DNA of 64,000 nt from Moorena sp. SIO3A5 (GCF_010672205.1 NZ_JAAHHD010000019.1:95963-159962), one strand, 5' to 3'; counted from the stretch's first letter, positions 20,166-32,564 are shown. The notes: generated by a model from the sequence alone, not told the origin. A program made the numbers and translations.

Positions 20166-21002
20166 TCAACCCGTCAATTGAGGTAATATAAATTTGGGTT
20201 GGGTATCATACCATATTTCTGGGAGAAAGGGGCATTCTGGGTAGCCAACCCTTAGCAAGCACAAGCCTTTGGCTGGAGAAGCGTGTTTCACCTTGTCCCG
20301 CTGTTGGTTAACCCAGATGTCAGTAAACTGTTCTGGGGTTAGCTTCCCTATTCCCACTTGTACTAGCATTCCTACCAACAGACGCACCATACCATATAGA
20401 AATCCGTTAGCTTGAATTTCTATATGAATAAATGGTCCATTGCGGTAACATTCGGCTGCTTGCACATTTACCCAGGAATGCGATCGCCCCGAGTTGCTTC
20501 GGTGAAAGGCTGCCAAGTGATGCTTACCCAGCAGTGGTTTTAAGGCTGCCTGGATCAGGGATTCATCAAGGGGAGCTTGATAATAGTGCCAACAAAAGGG
20601 TTGTACAAACAAGTTAGGGCAGGCGTCGGTATAGATTGTGTATCGATAACGACGCCAGATGGCACTAAACCGAGCATGCCAGTCTTGTGAAACTAATGCT
20701 GATGCTCGGACTAAGATATCCTCTGGCAGTCTACTATTGAGTATCGCTGCCCAGCGATGGGCTGGTATGGGACCTGTGGCATTAAAATGAGCGACTTGGG
20801 CAGCAGCGTGAACCCCTGTATCAGTACGACCAGCACCATATAGGGTTATGGCTCGCTGTTGCACGCTGGACAGAACTGTTTCGATTTCTGACTGAACACT
20901 GCGATGCTGGGGTTGTCGCTGCCAGCCATAAAAGTTATTACCCAGGTATTGAATAACCAGGGCAATTCGCTGGATAGCTTTAGCATCGTTGTCAGACATC
21001 AT
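20166..21002 (-). CDS. truA: tRNA pseudouridine(38-40) synthase TruA
   Basis: …YGAGRTDTGVHAAAQVAHF… catalytic Asp motif, at the conserved position between rplQ and rplM. Confidence 0.85.
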   Translation of the reverse strand: MMSDNDAKAIQRIALVIQYLGNNFYGWQRQPQHRSVQSEIETVLSSVQQRAITLYGAGRTDTGVHAAAQVAHFNATGPIPAHRWAAILNSRLPEDILVRASALVSQDWHARFSAIWRRYRYTIYTDACPNLFVQPFCWHYYQAPLDESLIQAALKPLLGKHHLAAFHRSNSGRSHSWVNVQAAECYRNGPFIHIEIQANGFLYGMVRLLVGMLVQVGIGKLTPEQFTDIWVNQQRDKVKHASPAKGLCLLRVGYPECPFLPEIWYDTQPKFILPQLTG

Positions 21003-21060
21003 GGATTAAGGATTAACAATTGACATTTTTAATGGTTAATTGCTTTAATGGTTAATTGCC

Positions 21061-21411
21061 TCAGACTAGTTCAATAATAGATATTTCAGCATTATCACCA
21101 CGACGCCGCACCGTGCGCAGAATTCGGGTATATCCGCCGTTGCGATCGCCATATCGCGCTTTAACCTCAGCAAATAGGGAGTGAACTAACTTTTTGTCGT
21201 AGAGATAGGCAATTGCCCTACGTCGGGATGCCAAGGAGCCATCCTTGGCCAGGGTAATCATTCGCTCCACCTCCGAACGAATGGCTTTTGCCCGAGCTTT
21301 AGTGGTAGTGATTCGACCATGACGCAGTAATTCAGTGGTCAGGGATCTCATCAGAGCCCGACGTTGATCTGCTGGCTTGCCCAGTTTTGGCACACGACGC
21401 CCGTGACGCAT
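21061..21411 (-). CDS. rplQ: 50S ribosomal protein L17
   Basis: [24 protein letters not shown]…. Confidence 0.9.
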   Translation of the reverse strand: MRHGRRVPKLGKPADQRRALMRSLTTELLRHGRITTTKARAKAIRSEVERMITLAKDGSLASRRRAIAYLYDKKLVHSLFAEVKARYGDRNGGYTRILRTVRRRGDNAEISIIELV

Positions 21412-21513
21412 TTTTTAGCTTCCTCCTTTTTTTTGAACAAGATTTGCCTTTATTCCTAGGGTTTGGACTAGCTAATTGCTAATTGTCCAGTCCCTTAAGT
21501 TTAATTGTTGTGG

Positions 21514-22458
21514 TTAAGTCTTAGCGGATTTTTCGTGGGGCAGTGTAATTCCTAGACGTCGTTGCAGAGCTTCAATCACTTCTTCAGCCGACTTTTGACC
21601 AAAGTTTTTGATTTCTAGGAGGTCTTCCTGACTATAATCGAGCAAATCGGATACAGAGTTGATCTGTGCTCGTTTCAGGCAGTTGTAAGCCCGAACCGAG
21701 AGTTGTAATTCTTCGATTGGGATTTGGCTGGTCGGATCGTCATCATCACCATAGTCATCTTTAATAGATTCGAGATTAATATCCTTGAGAGGATTGAACA
21801 GATCCACCAGGGTCCCAGCCGCTTGAGATAAAGCTTCTTGGGGAGTTATACTACCATTGGTCCAGACCTCTAAAGTTAAGCGATCCTTTTCCAGAGCACC
21901 ATCAATGCGAGTATTTTCAACGCTGTAATTTACTTTAGTCACCGGCATGAAAACAGAGTCAATCTGGAGGAAATCTACCGCTGTTGATTCATCATGCCCC
22001 CGTTCCACAGAGCGATATCCTGTACCCTTTTCGATGCGGAACTCCATTTCAAGCTTAGCCCCTTCTGCTAAAGTAGCAACATACTGACCTGGAGCAATAA
22101 TTTCCACCTCCGAGGGCAAATCAAACTGAGCAGCTCTCACAGTGGATGGCCCAGTAATCATCACTCGACCTATCTGAGGTTGAGAGGTGTAGCTTTTGAG
22201 GACAACTTCCTTCATATTCAGCATAATTTCCAGGACATCCTCTCTGACTCCCTCAATTGTGGCAAACTCATTGTTTACGCCAGCAATCCTGACAGCCGTC
22301 ACTGCTGCTCCTTCTAGGTTGGACAGCAAAACTCGTCTGAGGGCGTTGCCAACCGTTGTGCCTTGACCACGTTCGAGAGGCTCTAGGACAAATCTGCTAT
22401 ACTGACTTTGGTTCTTCAGTGTTTTGGATTCTACACACTCAATCTGAAACTGCGCCAC
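21514..22458 (-). CDS. rpoA: DNA-directed RNA polymerase subunit alpha
   Basis: The N-terminal domain is …FVLEPLERGQGTTVGNALRRVLLS…. The C-terminal domain is …LSVRAYNCLKRAQINSVSDLL…. Confidence 0.9.
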   Translation of the reverse strand: MAQFQIECVESKTLKNQSQYSRFVLEPLERGQGTTVGNALRRVLLSNLEGAAVTAVRIAGVNNEFATIEGVREDVLEIMLNMKEVVLKSYTSQPQIGRVMITGPSTVRAAQFDLPSEVEIIAPGQYVATLAEGAKLEMEFRIEKGTGYRSVERGHDESTAVDFLQIDSVFMPVTKVNYSVENTRIDGALEKDRLTLEVWTNGSITPQEALSQAAGTLVDLFNPLKDINLESIKDDYGDDDDPTSQIPIEELQLSVRAYNCLKRAQINSVSDLLDYSQEDLLEIKNFGQKSAEEVIEALQRRLGITLPHEKSAKT

Positions 22459-22601
22459 AGAGTGACCTCCCTCTATTCATAAGACCCCTTTAACCGAATA
22501 CAGGTTGAAGGGATAGTAAGCCAAAGGGTAAGGAGTTCCTTATGAACCTCCTCCTTTCAAGCTACTTTCCTTTCAACCTAACGGTCGCAAAAAATATACT
22601 C

Positions 22602-22994
22602 TTATACTCGACGCCGTTTGGGTGGACGGCAGCCGTTATGAGGAATTGGAGTTACATCCCTGATTAGGGTGATTTCCAGTCCGGCTCCTTGCAGGGCCCG
22701 AATAGCGGTTTCTCGACCTGCTCCTGGTCCACTCACCATCACTTCCACCTGACGCATACCTTGGTCTATGGCTCGTCGGGCAGCACTGTCAGCAGCGGTC
22801 TGAGCAGCGAAGGGAGTTCCTTTTTTTGCCCCCTTAAATCCACTAGAGCCAGCTGAAGCCCAAGAGACTACATCCCCTTTGGTGTCAGAAATGGTGACGA
22901 TAGTATTATTGAACGTAGACTGGATGTATGCTATTCCATTGGGTACATTGCGTTTCTGCTTTTTTGTACCACCTTTTTTTGTTGGTCGCGCCAT
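22602..22994 (-). CDS. rpsK: 30S ribosomal protein S11
   Basis: …[18 protein letters not shown]…[13 protein letters not shown]…. Confidence 0.9.
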   Translation of the reverse strand: MARPTKKGGTKKQKRNVPNGIAYIQSTFNNTIVTISDTKGDVVSWASAGSSGFKGAKKGTPFAAQTAADSAARRAIDQGMRQVEVMVSGPGAGRETAIRALQGAGLEITLIRDVTPIPHNGCRPPKRRRV

Positions 22995-23180
22995 GTCACT
23001 TGACTTTACTCTATCGGTGATTGATTATCTTGGGGTTGAGTAACTTGAACAATTTTGTCCAAAGTCTTTTGTCCAAAGTCCTTTGTCCAAAGTGACTAAC
23101 AGAAGGTCTCCTGGCAGTTACTTTTGACGAATGACCAATGACCACAAAGCTGTGGTGGATAGTTGAGCTGACTAGAGCTA

Positions 23181-23564
23181 TTACTTCTTAGCCGGTGCTT
23201 TTTTCTTTCCAGCGATAGTCACTCGTCTACCGCGACGGGTACGGGCATTAGTGCGGGTTCGCTGTCCTCTCACGGGCAGTCCCATGCGATGACGACGTCC
23301 GCGATAGGTACCAATATCTACTAGGCGCTTGATGTTCATTGACTGCCAGCGCCTTAAATCCCCTTCCACCTGATAATTTTTTTCGACAGCTGCTCTGAGG
23401 GCAGCCACCTCAGCATCGGTCAAATCCTTAACCCTCGTATCTGGGTTAACTCCTGTTGCTGCTAAAATGTCTTTAGACCGCGACAGACCGATTCCATAAA
23501 TGTAGGTCAGACCTATTTCTACACGTTTATCGCGAGGTAGGTCTACACTGGCAATCCGAGCCAC
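23181..23564 (-). CDS. rpsM: 30S ribosomal protein S13
   Basis: [26 protein letters not shown]…. Confidence 0.9.
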   Translation of the reverse strand: MARIASVDLPRDKRVEIGLTYIYGIGLSRSKDILAATGVNPDTRVKDLTDAEVAALRAAVEKNYQVEGDLRRWQSMNIKRLVDIGTYRGRRHRMGLPVRGQRTRTNARTRRGRRVTIAGKKKAPAKK

Positions 23565-23635
23565 GCTTGGTTCTCCCTTGACTGAAGTTTTGTGCTACAA
23601 ATTAAATGTATGGATTAAGTGTATGGATTTGAGGT

Positions 23636-23749
23636 TTATCCCTGACGCTGTTTGTGTTTGGGATTCGGGCAAATCACCATAACTCGACCGTGGCGTCGAA
23701 TCACGCGGCACTTTTCACACATTTTTCGGACAGATGGTCTAACTTTCAT
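23636..23749 (-). CDS. rpmJ: 50S ribosomal protein L36
   Basis: Not in the supplied ORF track. The reverse strand translates to [37 protein letters not shown] (37 aa), with the Cx2C…Cx4H zinc ribbon. Confidence 0.85.
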   Translation of the reverse strand: MKVRPSVRKMCEKCRVIRRHGRVMVICPNPKHKQRQG

Positions 23750-23850
23750 GCCTTTTTTTCTGGACAGAATGCAGTTGGTTATTATATCTTTTTTTTGGTT
23801 GACTTGTCAAATTTAACTTATTTTTCATAAAACAGAATCCGCTGCTAGTT

Positions 23851-24075
23851 TTACTTCTTACGCAGACGGTAGGTGATCCTGCCTTTGGTTAAATCGTAGG
23901 GGGTTAGTTCAACTTTGACCCGGTCTCCGGGCAGAATTTTGATGTAATTCCGACGGATTTTACCGGAAATATGAGCTAGGACATTAAAGCCATTGTCCAA
24001 GTCAACGCGAAACATGGCATTCGGCAGGGATTCAGTCACCGTGCCTTCCATTTCAATTAAGTCTTGTTTAGCCAA
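23851..24075 (-). CDS. infA: Translation initiation factor IF-1
   Basis: [24 protein letters not shown]…[16 protein letters not shown]…. Confidence 0.9.
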   Translation of the reverse strand: MAKQDLIEMEGTVTESLPNAMFRVDLDNGFNVLAHISGKIRRNYIKILPGDRVKVELTPYDLTKGRITYRLRKK

Positions 24076-24405
24076 AGTGTTTTAACCTCAATACAACTAT
24101 CCCCCTATGTTCTAAATTTTGATTATTTAATTCAGGGAGTCTTAACATATTTTATCAAATCCTAAATTATACCAACTAAACTAGTTTAAAACCAACTTTG
24201 GAGTAGCGCGGTCAGGGAAGCATTTTTCCCGTGGCCTAGCTCAAGGCATAGGTTACACCGGTCGAACCATTAGAATAACCATTAGTCTAAATTAGTCTAA
24301 GTATTAGGCTAGTGGTAAGGTATTCGCTACAATAGGGTCAGATGATGGCTTCCATGCCCCACGCAGGGGGTTTCCGCCCTTACGCATGGGCTTACCCTAA
24401 AATCA

Positions 24406-24969
24406 TTACGCTAGAACCTGTTTAATCGATTCGGTGACTTGCTCTAAGGAGAGATCACCATTAATAGATTTTAAAGCTGAGTGTTCTCGGTAAAATTCCA
24501 CCAAAGGAGCTGTTTGATGGTTATAGACCTCAAGACGTGTGCGGATAGTTTCCTCATTATCATCTGTACGTCCCTCCTTACGACCCCTTTCCAATAGTCT
24601 GTCGATCAAAACCTGATCTGGCACTTCTAGGTTGATGGCACCATCCAAAGTTTGGTCAAGCTCCTGCAACAGGTCATTCAAGAAATGGGCTTGGCTGACG
24701 TTACGGGGAAAACCGTCTAAAATCCAACCATTTTGAGCATCGGGTTGATTTAGGCGATCGCGGATCAGATCTATGAGCAACTCGTCAGGCACCAATTCTC
24801 CTTTATCCATATAGGACTGAGCTTTTTGACCCAGGAGGGTTTGAGCACTTACAGCCCCTCGCAAAATTTCCCCGGTGGAAATGTGAGGAATCCCTAGTTG
24901 TTCAGCCACAATTTTGGCTTGAGTTCCTTTACCTGCTCCTGGAGGTCCTAAAAAGATTAATCTCTTCAT
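24406..24969 (-). CDS. adk: Adenylate kinase
   Basis: P-loop [15 protein letters not shown], followed by …GFPRNVSQA…. Confidence 0.9.
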   Translation of the reverse strand: MKRLIFLGPPGAGKGTQAKIVAEQLGIPHISTGEILRGAVSAQTLLGQKAQSYMDKGELVPDELLIDLIRDRLNQPDAQNGWILDGFPRNVSQAHFLNDLLQELDQTLDGAINLEVPDQVLIDRLLERGRKEGRTDDNEETIRTRLEVYNHQTAPLVEFYREHSALKSINGDLSLEQVTESIKQVLA

Positions 24970-25093
24970 GTGTCATGTGTCATGGGTAATGTGTCAGTTG
25001 GTTTTTGTCCTAGGCAATGAACAACAACCAACTGACCCGAAAATTTGAGGCTCATCCACCTAAAAAAGCTGCTGCGCCCATTGCCCAATCGCT

Positions 25094-26434
25094 TTATTGC
25101 TTGACCATACCTTCGTAACGCTGGGAAATCACGTAGGTTTGAATTTGCTTGGCTGTGTCAATGGCAACCCCCACCAAAATCAGCAACGATGTGGCACCTA
25201 ATCCCCTAAATGTGGTTACACCAGTGGCGCTTTCGACTGCAGTTGGTACTACAGCTACCAGTCCTAGGAAAATTGCTCCTAATAAGGTCAGTCGGTTCAA
25301 AACTCTCTCTATATATTCACTCGTAGCCCTTCCTGGTCGAATACCAGGGATACTCGCCCCCATTTTCTTCAAATTCTGGGACATATCTACTGGGTTTATA
25401 ATCAGTGAGGCGTAGAAGTAGCTAAAGAACAAAATCAAGACTAAATAGACAGCAACATAGACCCAAGGAGTTTGACCATTGGGGTTGAGATAATTGGCAA
25501 TCTGGATTAGGACTTGATTGATTGAGCCTAACAATCCATTGCTATTATCGCCACTAGTTATCCCAGCTAGGGATGTGGGTAGGATTAAGACGGCTGAGGC
25601 AAAGATAATTGGCATCACGCCACCTTGGTTTAACCTTAGGGGCAAATAATTTTTCCGCTCCCGGTAAAGGCGCTTACCAACTTGACGTCTGGCAGTAATA
25701 ATCGGAATTCGTCGGCTGCCTTCTTGCACAAAGACAATACCAACAATCATGACTAGGAAAACTAACAGCAGCACAATTACCTTACCCACCGTTTCTCGAC
25801 CCCCGGTCTGAGCCAGTTCAATGGTTTGACCCAAGGTGCGGGGCAAAACAGCAACAATATTGACAAAAATCAATAGTGAAGCTCCGTTGCCAATACCTCG
25901 TTCGGTAATTAACTCTGATAGCCACATCACAAACATAGAGCCAGCCGTGAGGGCAAGTACAGTTTCAAACACAAAGAATGCGCCTGGTTCAACAGCAAAC
26001 CGCTGTGCCCACAACGATAAGCCAATACTTTGAATCACAGACCAGCCTAGGGCAACATAACGGGTAATCTGACCGATTTTTCGACGCCCTGCTTCACCTT
26101 CATTTTTCTGCAAATTTTCTAAAGCAGGAATTGCTGCCGTTAGCAGTTGTAGGATAATCGAAGCATTAATATAAGGCAAAATTCCCAAGGCAAAAATCCC
26201 TAGGGCGGAAAAACCACCACCAGAGAAAAAGTCCAAAAGACCTACAAACGGGCTATTCTGGAGTTCTGCTGAAAATCTGGCTCGATCAATTCCTGGTACA
26301 GGAAGAAAGACACCCAAGCGGGCTAAAATTAACAAACCAACGGTGACAAGCAGCCGACCTCTAAGGCCAGCCGCTTGAGCCATTTGCATAAACGTCTCTT
26401 GAGCAGTTGGGGCTTTGTCTCGACTGACAGTCAT
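25094..26434 (-). CDS. secY: Preprotein translocase subunit SecY
   Basis: 446 aa with 10 TM segments. It sits between rplO and adk as in the spc operon. Confidence 0.9.
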   Translation of the reverse strand: MTVSRDKAPTAQETFMQMAQAAGLRGRLLVTVGLLILARLGVFLPVPGIDRARFSAELQNSPFVGLLDFFSGGGFSALGIFALGILPYINASIILQLLTAAIPALENLQKNEGEAGRRKIGQITRYVALGWSVIQSIGLSLWAQRFAVEPGAFFVFETVLALTAGSMFVMWLSELITERGIGNGASLLIFVNIVAVLPRTLGQTIELAQTGGRETVGKVIVLLLVFLVMIVGIVFVQEGSRRIPIITARRQVGKRLYRERKNYLPLRLNQGGVMPIIFASAVLILPTSLAGITSGDNSNGLLGSINQVLIQIANYLNPNGQTPWVYVAVYLVLILFFSYFYASLIINPVDMSQNLKKMGASIPGIRPGRATSEYIERVLNRLTLLGAIFLGLVAVVPTAVESATGVTTFRGLGATSLLILVGVAIDTAKQIQTYVISQRYEGMVKQ

Positions 26435-26478
26435 TTAAGGTACCTCTTGAAGATACAGGAGCATAAGGGCTAAAGGGG

Positions 26479-26928
26479 TTACTTAGCTATAACTTCCCAG
26501 CTGCCACCAGCCGCCTCGATTTTTTGGCGGGCACCACTTGTAAAGGCAGCAGCTTTTATATTGAGTGGCACATTCAGCTCCCCATCACCGAGTAGTTTCA
26601 ATGGACCATCATTGGTGGTGACCACACCTGTCTCCAACAATGATTCCAAAGTTACCTCAGTATTGGCGGGAAGTGAGGCCAACTTACCTACGTTGATTGT
26701 AGTGTAATGTTTGGGGTTAATGACCGTAAAGTGTTTTAACTTGGGGATACGGCGATATAAGGGCATCTGACCCCCTTCAAAACCAGGTCTTGTCCCTCGA
26801 CCTGAACGGGATTTTTGACCACGCATTCCAAAACCGCAGCTAGCCCCTTGACCAGCGGCAATGCCACGACCTACACGGCGTCGGCGCTTTTTGGAGCCTT
26901 TTTTTGGGACTGCATCATTGATTCTCAT
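26479..26928 (-). CDS. rplO: 50S ribosomal protein L15
   Basis: …[24 protein letters not shown]…. Confidence 0.9.
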   Translation of the reverse strand: MRINDAVPKKGSKKRRRRVGRGIAAGQGASCGFGMRGQKSRSGRGTRPGFEGGQMPLYRRIPKLKHFTVINPKHYTTINVGKLASLPANTEVTLESLLETGVVTTNDGPLKLLGDGELNVPLNIKAAAFTSGARQKIEAAGGSWEVIAK

Positions 26929-27035
26929 CGATCGTTTTTTGTAAGGGTGAAAATGTTTTTTTTAAGATTGACGGCTGACGCTAAACCGTCAACCTTGAGC
27001 ATATTACTTTTATTTCTAGCTACCTGGTTTTTAAT

Positions 27036-27557
27036 TTATGCATAGATTTGTTCAAGGGGAATGTCTCGTTCTTGAGCCACCTCTGAAAATGTGCGTAGGG
27101 AATCAAGAGAGTTGATTGCTGCTCTAGCATTATTGAGGGGGTTATTGGAACCAAGCTGTTTAGCTAAGACATTTTTAACTCCAGCTAACTCAAGTACTGT
27201 GCGCACAGCACCCCCAGCAATTACCCCAGTTCCGGGAGCAGCAGGTCGCATGATTACTTTGGCTCCCACCGCCCTACCTCTAGATGGGTGAGGAATGGAA
27301 TTAGTTTTGGTTAAGGGTACATCAATCAGTTGCTTTTTGGCATCAGCAACTCCTTTACGGACAGCACCAATTACATCACTGGCTTTGCCTACACCAACCC
27401 CCACTTGACCTTTTTCATTACCTACAACTACGATGGCCCGGAAGCTCAACTTTTTGCCCCCTTTGACCACCTTACTAACGCGGCGGATTTGGATAACCCG
27501 CTCTTGCCAATTACTTTCTTTTTCTTTAGAGCGGTTGTTTTTTCTACGATTTGCCAT
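27036..27557 (-). CDS. rpsE: 30S ribosomal protein S5
   Basis: …[30 protein letters not shown]…. Confidence 0.9.
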   Translation of the reverse strand: MANRRKNNRSKEKESNWQERVIQIRRVSKVVKGGKKLSFRAIVVVGNEKGQVGVGVGKASDVIGAVRKGVADAKKQLIDVPLTKTNSIPHPSRGRAVGAKVIMRPAAPGTGVIAGGAVRTVLELAGVKNVLAKQLGSNNPLNNARAAINSLDSLRTFSEVAQERDIPLEQIYA

Positions 27558-27671
27558 AGTTCGCTAGAAATTAAATCATGATAGTAAGTATTCAAAGATT
27601 AGCTAATTTATAGTTGCTAATTTTTAACTGTTAATTTCAATTTTCAGTTGTTAATTGTCAATTAGCATTTA

Positions 27672-28034
27672 CTAAAAATCTAGCCCTGCTTCACGAGCAG
27701 CTTCTGCTAAAGCTTTGACACGACCATGATATAGGTAGCCCCCACGGTCAAAGACCACTTTCTTGAGACCTTTTTCTAGTGCTCGCTGGGCCACCAACTG
27801 ACCCACTTTAGCTGAGGCTTCACAAGTGGCTCCAGATTTGAGTTCAGATCTCAGAGCTGGTTCTAACGTTGAAGCTGCCACTATGGTATGTTGCTGATTG
27901 TCATCGATAACTTGCACATAAATGTGCTCATTAGAGCGAAATACAGCTAATCTTGGGCGTTCAGCAGTACCACTGACTTTCCGGCGTACCCGCCTATGTC
28001 TGTGTCGTATAGATTCTTTTCGAGTAAGTTTCAT
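27672..28034 (-). CDS. rplR: 50S ribosomal protein L18
   Basis: …[19 protein letters not shown]… with C-terminus …[26 protein letters not shown]. Confidence 0.9.
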   Translation of the reverse strand: MKLTRKESIRHRHRRVRRKVSGTAERPRLAVFRSNEHIYVQVIDDNQQHTIVAASTLEPALRSELKSGATCEASAKVGQLVAQRALEKGLKKVVFDRGGYLYHGRVKALAEAAREAGLDF

Positions 28035-28037
28035 AGT

Positions 28038-28577
28038 TTACTTCTTACCTGCTTTACCAGCTTTACGTCTGACTATTTCACCGGCATATCGAATGCCTTT
28101 ACCTTTATAGACTTCTGGGGGTCGAACTGCACGAATTTTTGCAGCTGTGTTGCCTACAACTTCTTTGTTGATGCCACTGACAATCACGTTGGTGTTGTTT
28201 TCAACTTTGACTTGAATCCCCTCAGGAGGAACGATCTCCACTGGCTTGCTGTAACCAACGTTTAAAATCAGATTACGACCCTGCACTTGAGCTCGATAAC
28301 CGACTCCCTGAATGTCCAAACGTTTTTCAAACCCTTTGGAGACTCCCTCAATCATGTTGGCAACCAAAGTGCGAGACAAACCATGACTTTCACGGGCGGT
28401 TCGGGTTTCTTCGCGCCGGGAAACCTGTACAGTTTCACCAACTTGCTCAGCTTTAATTGTATCTGGCAAAACCCAATCCAGTTCACCTTTGGAACCTTTG
28501 ACCTTCACCTGTTGACCGTCTATTGTTACAGTAACTTTACTGGGAATTGGTATAGGGCGCTTGCCAATACGTGACAT
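28038..28577 (-). CDS. rplF: 50S ribosomal protein L6
   Basis: [22 protein letters not shown]…. Confidence 0.9.
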   Translation of the reverse strand: MSRIGKRPIPIPSKVTVTIDGQQVKVKGSKGELDWVLPDTIKAEQVGETVQVSRREETRTARESHGLSRTLVANMIEGVSKGFEKRLDIQGVGYRAQVQGRNLILNVGYSKPVEIVPPEGIQVKVENNTNVIVSGINKEVVGNTAAKIRAVRPPEVYKGKGIRYAGEIVRRKAGKAGKK

Positions 28578-28839
28578 AAAATTATCCTCCTAACTAAAGA
28601 AGTATGAAATATAAAGTATGAAGTATGAAGTATGAAGTATGTCATGAATTGGTTAATCAGCTAATCCGATCAATCCTAGGTTGGCCCAAGGACCGTTTGG
28701 CATATACTGAGCTGATTATTGCTCGAACTGATGCTCTAATCTACAGGGGCTTCCAGCTGATAGCTGGCAAGCCTAGATTTTTAAGTAGCGAGTCAGCTGA
28801 CGGCTCTTAGTAGATCCTTCATCCTTCATGCTTCATCCT

Positions 28840-29241
28840 TTACCATACGTAACACAGAACTTCACCACCAATTCCCCGACGCCTTGCTTCCCTGTCGGTC
28901 ATGATGCCATTAGAAGTAGAGATAATAGCAATCCCAATCCCTCCCAAGACTCTTGGCAGTTCTTTACGGTTGGAGTAAACTCGCAATCCAGGTTTACTCA
29001 CCCGCTTCAGGGCTCTGATAATTGGTTTGCGATTGTTGCCCTTGTATTTTAGGGAAACAACTAAGTATTTTTTGACCCCTTCGCCTGCTTCCTCAAAATC
29101 AGTAATAAAGCCTTCTTCTTTGAGTACTTGGGCAATCGCCCGGGTCATTTTAGTTGATTGTACATTTGTTGTTTGATGCCGAACCAAGCAGGCATTTCTA
29201 ATGCGGGTCAGCATATCTGCAATTGTGTCGTTTGCCGGCAT
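28840..29241 (-). CDS. rpsH: 30S ribosomal protein S8
   Basis: [23 protein letters not shown]…. Confidence 0.9.
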   Translation of the reverse strand: MPANDTIADMLTRIRNACLVRHQTTNVQSTKMTRAIAQVLKEEGFITDFEEAGEGVKKYLVVSLKYKGNNRKPIIRALKRVSKPGLRVYSNRKELPRVLGGIGIAIISTSNGIMTDREARRRGIGGEVLCYVW

Positions 29242-29264
29242 TGTTCCTTCCTATGATTACAGGC

Positions 29265-29810
29265 TTATTTATCCCGGAAAGGCATTCCCATCTCTTTGAG
29301 TAAGGCGCGACCTTCTTCGTCAGTGTTGGCAGTGGTGACTATGGTAATATCCATACCACGAATCTGATCGATGCTGTCGTAGTCTACTTCTGGAAAAATG
29401 AGTTGCTCTCGCACCCCAAGAGTGTAGTTACCACGACCGTCAAAGCTTCTAGGGCTAAGACCCCGAAAGTCCCGAATTCTTGGTAGGGCTAAGTTAATTA
29501 GCCGCTCTAGAAAGGAGTACATACGCTCTGAACGGAGGGTAACCGTGACACCAACAGGCATCCCGGCACGGATTTTAAAACCCGCGATCGCTTGTTTTGC
29601 TCGTGTGACCACCGGTTTTTGACCGGTGATTATGGCAATTTCGTTTACCGATGATTCCAGAGCCTTGGCATTTTGAGATGCCTCTCCTAATCCTCGGTTA
29701 AGACTAACTTTGACTAATTTCGGTACTTGATGAATGTTTTTGTAACCGAATTGCTCTTTTAATTTGGGGACTATTGTTTCCTGGTATAGGATTTTTAACC
29801 CTTTTGTCAT
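29265..29810 (-). CDS. rplE: 50S ribosomal protein L5
   Basis: …[28 protein letters not shown]…. Confidence 0.9.
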   Translation of the reverse strand: MTKGLKILYQETIVPKLKEQFGYKNIHQVPKLVKVSLNRGLGEASQNAKALESSVNEIAIITGQKPVVTRAKQAIAGFKIRAGMPVGVTVTLRSERMYSFLERLINLALPRIRDFRGLSPRSFDGRGNYTLGVREQLIFPEVDYDSIDQIRGMDITIVTTANTDEEGRALLKEMGMPFRDK

Positions 29811-29906
29811 AGTTTTTTTCCTTTGATTTCCCTGGGCTTGGTCAGGGCAATTGTCATTAGTTATTAGTCATTGGTCATTGACCATTAGCCATTAGTAACT
29901 GAATAA

Positions 29907-30269
29907 TTAGTCAATAATCTCACCAGTTTTTTTGAGCATCCGCACCTTCCGACCATCGTCGGTAAAGGTATAGCAGATGCGGCTAGCAATTTTTTCTTTA
30001 TTCGAGTAAAGCATAACGTTGGAGCTATGGATTGGAGCTTCAAACGTAGCAATTTGACCTTTCTCACCTTCTTGTTGAGGCTTGACATGCTTAGTTTTGA
30101 CGTTAACTCCTTTGACTACTACCTTGCTAATTTTGGGTAGCGTCCGCAAAATTTCTCCAATTTTGCCTTTATCTCGACCGGCAATCACTTGTACCGTGTC
30201 GCCCTTTTTAACGTGCATTTTGTAGCGTAATGGGGTATCAGTTTGTGCCTTCTGGTGTTTAATTGGCAT
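29907..30269 (-). CDS. rplX: 50S ribosomal protein L24
   Basis: …[23 protein letters not shown]… KOW motif. Confidence 0.9.
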   Translation of the reverse strand: MPIKHQKAQTDTPLRYKMHVKKGDTVQVIAGRDKGKIGEILRTLPKISKVVVKGVNVKTKHVKPQQEGEKGQIATFEAPIHSSNVMLYSNKEKIASRICYTFTDDGRKVRMLKKTGEIID

Positions 30270-30637
30270 CAGAGTACCTCCGGAGCAAGGGATATAATTT
30301 TTGTGAAGTTTTTCTCTCGCAGTTCCCGCGCTACAGGGCCAAAAACGCGGGTCCCTCTGGGATTGCCATCTGGGTTTATGATTACTGCTGCGTTGTCATC
30401 AAAGCGAATACTCATACCGCTTTCCCGACGTAGCCCCTTGCGGGTGCGCACAATCACAGCCCTAACTACATCTGACTTTTTGACGCCCATATTTGGAATG
30501 GCATCTTTGACCACACCAATAATTACATCACCCACACCGCCGTAGCGCCGATTTCCTGCACCAATAACGCGGATGCACATTATTTTTCTGGCTCCACTGT
30601 TGTCAGCAACGTTTAGGTAGCTCTCTTGTTGAATCAT
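30269..30637 (-). CDS. rplN: 50S ribosomal protein L14
   Basis: [24 protein letters not shown]…. Confidence 0.9.
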   Translation of the reverse strand: MIQQESYLNVADNSGARKIMCIRVIGAGNRRYGGVGDVIIGVVKDAIPNMGVKKSDVVRAVIVRTRKGLRRESGMSIRFDDNAAVIINPDGNPRGTRVFGPVARELREKNFTKIISLAPEVL

Positions 30638-30788
30638 CAGTGTTCCTCCTCTAATAGAGTAATGAGTTATGAGTTAAACGAGTTATTAGTTAAACATTGC
30701 TAAGTTTCCAATTCCGAAAGGATTTTCTTCCGAGATCTCACGCACATTGGTAGGTCGTGGAAAACCCACATCGACTAGGGTTAACTCG

Positions 30789-31037
30789 CTATTTTGAGGA
30801 ACTACTGACGATTTCAGCAACCATCCAGCGTTTGGTACGACTCAGTGGTCGTGTTTCTCTAATCCGAACGCGATCGCCTTCTTTACATTTATTTTCCTCA
30901 TCATGAGCTTTGTATCGCTTGGTACGCACAACAATTTTGCCGTACTTTGGGTGGGGAGACCTATTTTCAATAGCCACCACCACAGTTTTGTTCATTTTGT
31001 CGCTGACCACCAGGCCAACTCTCTCTTTTGCTGCCAT
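30789..31037 (-). CDS. rpsQ: 30S ribosomal protein S17
   Basis: …[19 protein letters not shown]…. Confidence 0.9.
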   Translation of the reverse strand: MAAKERVGLVVSDKMNKTVVVAIENRSPHPKYGKIVVRTKRYKAHDEENKCKEGDRVRIRETRPLSRTKRWMVAEIVSSSSK

Positions 31038-31045
31038 ACTATTCC

Positions 31046-31330
31046 TTATGCTTCTGATTCTGATTGTGGGGTATCACTTTGTTCTGATTGTGGGGTATCA
31101 CTTTGTGAGGTATCTGTTGATTCTTTCTGTTTAGCGAGTTGGCGTTCTCGTTCTACTGTCATTAGCTGAGCGATTCGGTGCTTAAGATGCTTAAACTGGT
31201 GAGGTTTTTCTAAGCGTTTGGTTGCCTTTTGCAGGCGCAAGTCAAACAACTGACGCTTAGCTGCTAAGATTTCCTGCTCTAGTTCGGCATCGCTCAGGCT
31301 TCTAGCATCTTCTATCTTGGGCAGAGCCAT
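31046..31330 (-). CDS. rpmC: 50S ribosomal protein L29 with repeat-encoded C-terminal extension
   Basis: The L29 core is …[23 protein letters not shown]…. The roughly 20 extra C-terminal residues (SDTPQSEQ, twice) are encoded by a 24-nt tandem duplication at 31057..31104. Confidence 0.85.
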   Translation of the reverse strand: MALPKIEDARSLSDAELEQEILAAKRQLFDLRLQKATKRLEKPHQFKHLKHRIAQLMTVERERQLAKQKESTDTSQSDTPQSEQSDTPQSESEA

Positions 31331-31333
31331 AGC

Positions 31334-31753
31334 TTATACCTGTTCCCCTTCACGAGAAATGAACTTCAATTTAATGGGAAATTTGTTCGCAGCCAGACGC
31401 ATGGCTTCCCGAGCCACCTCTTCGCTTACCCCAGCGATTTCATAGATAATCCGACCGGGTTTAACTACTGCTACCCAAAACTCTGGGGAACCTTTTCCAG
31501 AACCCATACGAGTTTCTGCTGGACGCATGGTGACTGGTTTATCTGGGAAAATTCGAATCCAGATTTTGCCACCACGACGAACGTAGCGCGTCATTGCCCG
31601 ACGACCTGCTTCGATTTGGCGGGAGGTAATCCAAGCTGGTTCTGTGGCTTGCAGGGCATAATCACCAAAGTTAATGGTACTGCCACGAGTGGCCATACCC
31701 TTCATTCGTCCCCGGTGCTGTTTGCGATATTTTGTTCTTTTTGGACTTAACAT
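31334..31753 (-). CDS. rplP: 50S ribosomal protein L16
   Basis: [19 protein letters not shown]…. The track ORF extends 15 codons further upstream (to 31798), but the conserved N-terminus begins at the internal Met. Confidence 0.85.
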   Translation of the reverse strand: MLSPKRTKYRKQHRGRMKGMATRGSTINFGDYALQATEPAWITSRQIEAGRRAMTRYVRRGGKIWIRIFPDKPVTMRPAETRMGSGKGSPEFWVAVVKPGRIIYEIAGVSEEVAREAMRLAANKFPIKLKFISREGEQV

Positions 31754-31838
31754 AATTTGTTCTTTGTTAATTGAAAATCGAAAATTGAAAACTGACAATT
31801 AACAAGCAAGCAATTTTCAAAATACTAGTGAGTCATTA

Positions 31839-32564
31839 CTAGTCATTTGAGCGGTCTTCAAACTGCTGGCGGCGTTTTGGCTGACGGCGACGAGGTTGAG
31901 CTGTGTTAGGGGTAGGCTTTTCTTCTTGACCGGGAATCACTTCCCCTTTGAACACCCAAACTTTAATGCCCAAAATTCCATAAATGGTTTGGGCCGTTTT
32001 GTAGGAATAGTCAATATTTGCCCGGAGGGTATGGAGGGGCACTCGTCCTTCACGAGTCCACTCGGTTCGGGCAATTTCAGCTCCATTTAACCGACCACCT
32101 ACCTGAACTTTAATCCCTTGGACATCAGCCCGCTGAGCCCGCTGAATTGCTTGACGAACCACTCGTCTGAAGGAAACTCGGCGCTCTAGCTGTTGGGCAA
32201 TGTACTCGGCAATTAGGGTAGCATCTGCATCCACCCGTGATACTTCCACGACATTGATACGAATCTGACGATTGTTGCCCAGGGATTTTTGCAGACCGAC
32301 ACGCAAAGACTCAATACCACTGCCACCACGACCAACAACTACTCCAGGTCGAGCTGTATGAATTTCTAAATCAATCTGGTCAGCTTTGCGCTCAATCCGG
32401 ATGTCGGAAATTCCAGCATTATTGAGGTTTTTGTCAACATATTGTCTGATTTGATAATCTTCCTGCAACAGAAGCGGATAACGCTTTGAGTCGGCAAACC
32501 AGCGAGAGCGATGCTCTTGCGTGATACCTAGCCGAAAACCAATTGGATGTATTTTCTGTCCCAC
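31839..32564 (-). CDS. rpsC: 30S ribosomal protein S3
   Basis: [24 protein letters not shown]…. Confidence 0.9.
   Translation of the reverse strand: MGQKIHPIGFRLGITQEHRSRWFADSKRYPLLLQEDYQIRQYVDKNLNNAGISDIRIERKADQIDLEIHTARPGVVVGRGGSGIESLRVGLQKSLGNNRQIRINVVEVSRVDADATLIAEYIAQQLERRVSFRRVVRQAIQRAQRADVQGIKVQVGGRLNGAEIARTEWTREGRVPLHTLRANIDYSYKTAQTIYGILGIKVWVFKGEVIPGQEEKPTPNTAQPRRRQPKRRQQFEDRSND

Noticed and set aside
24076-24405. 330-bp gap between infA and adk as a possible ncRNA
   Set aside because: I see no recognisable structure or conserved motif. It is more likely an internal promoter or spacer of the operon.
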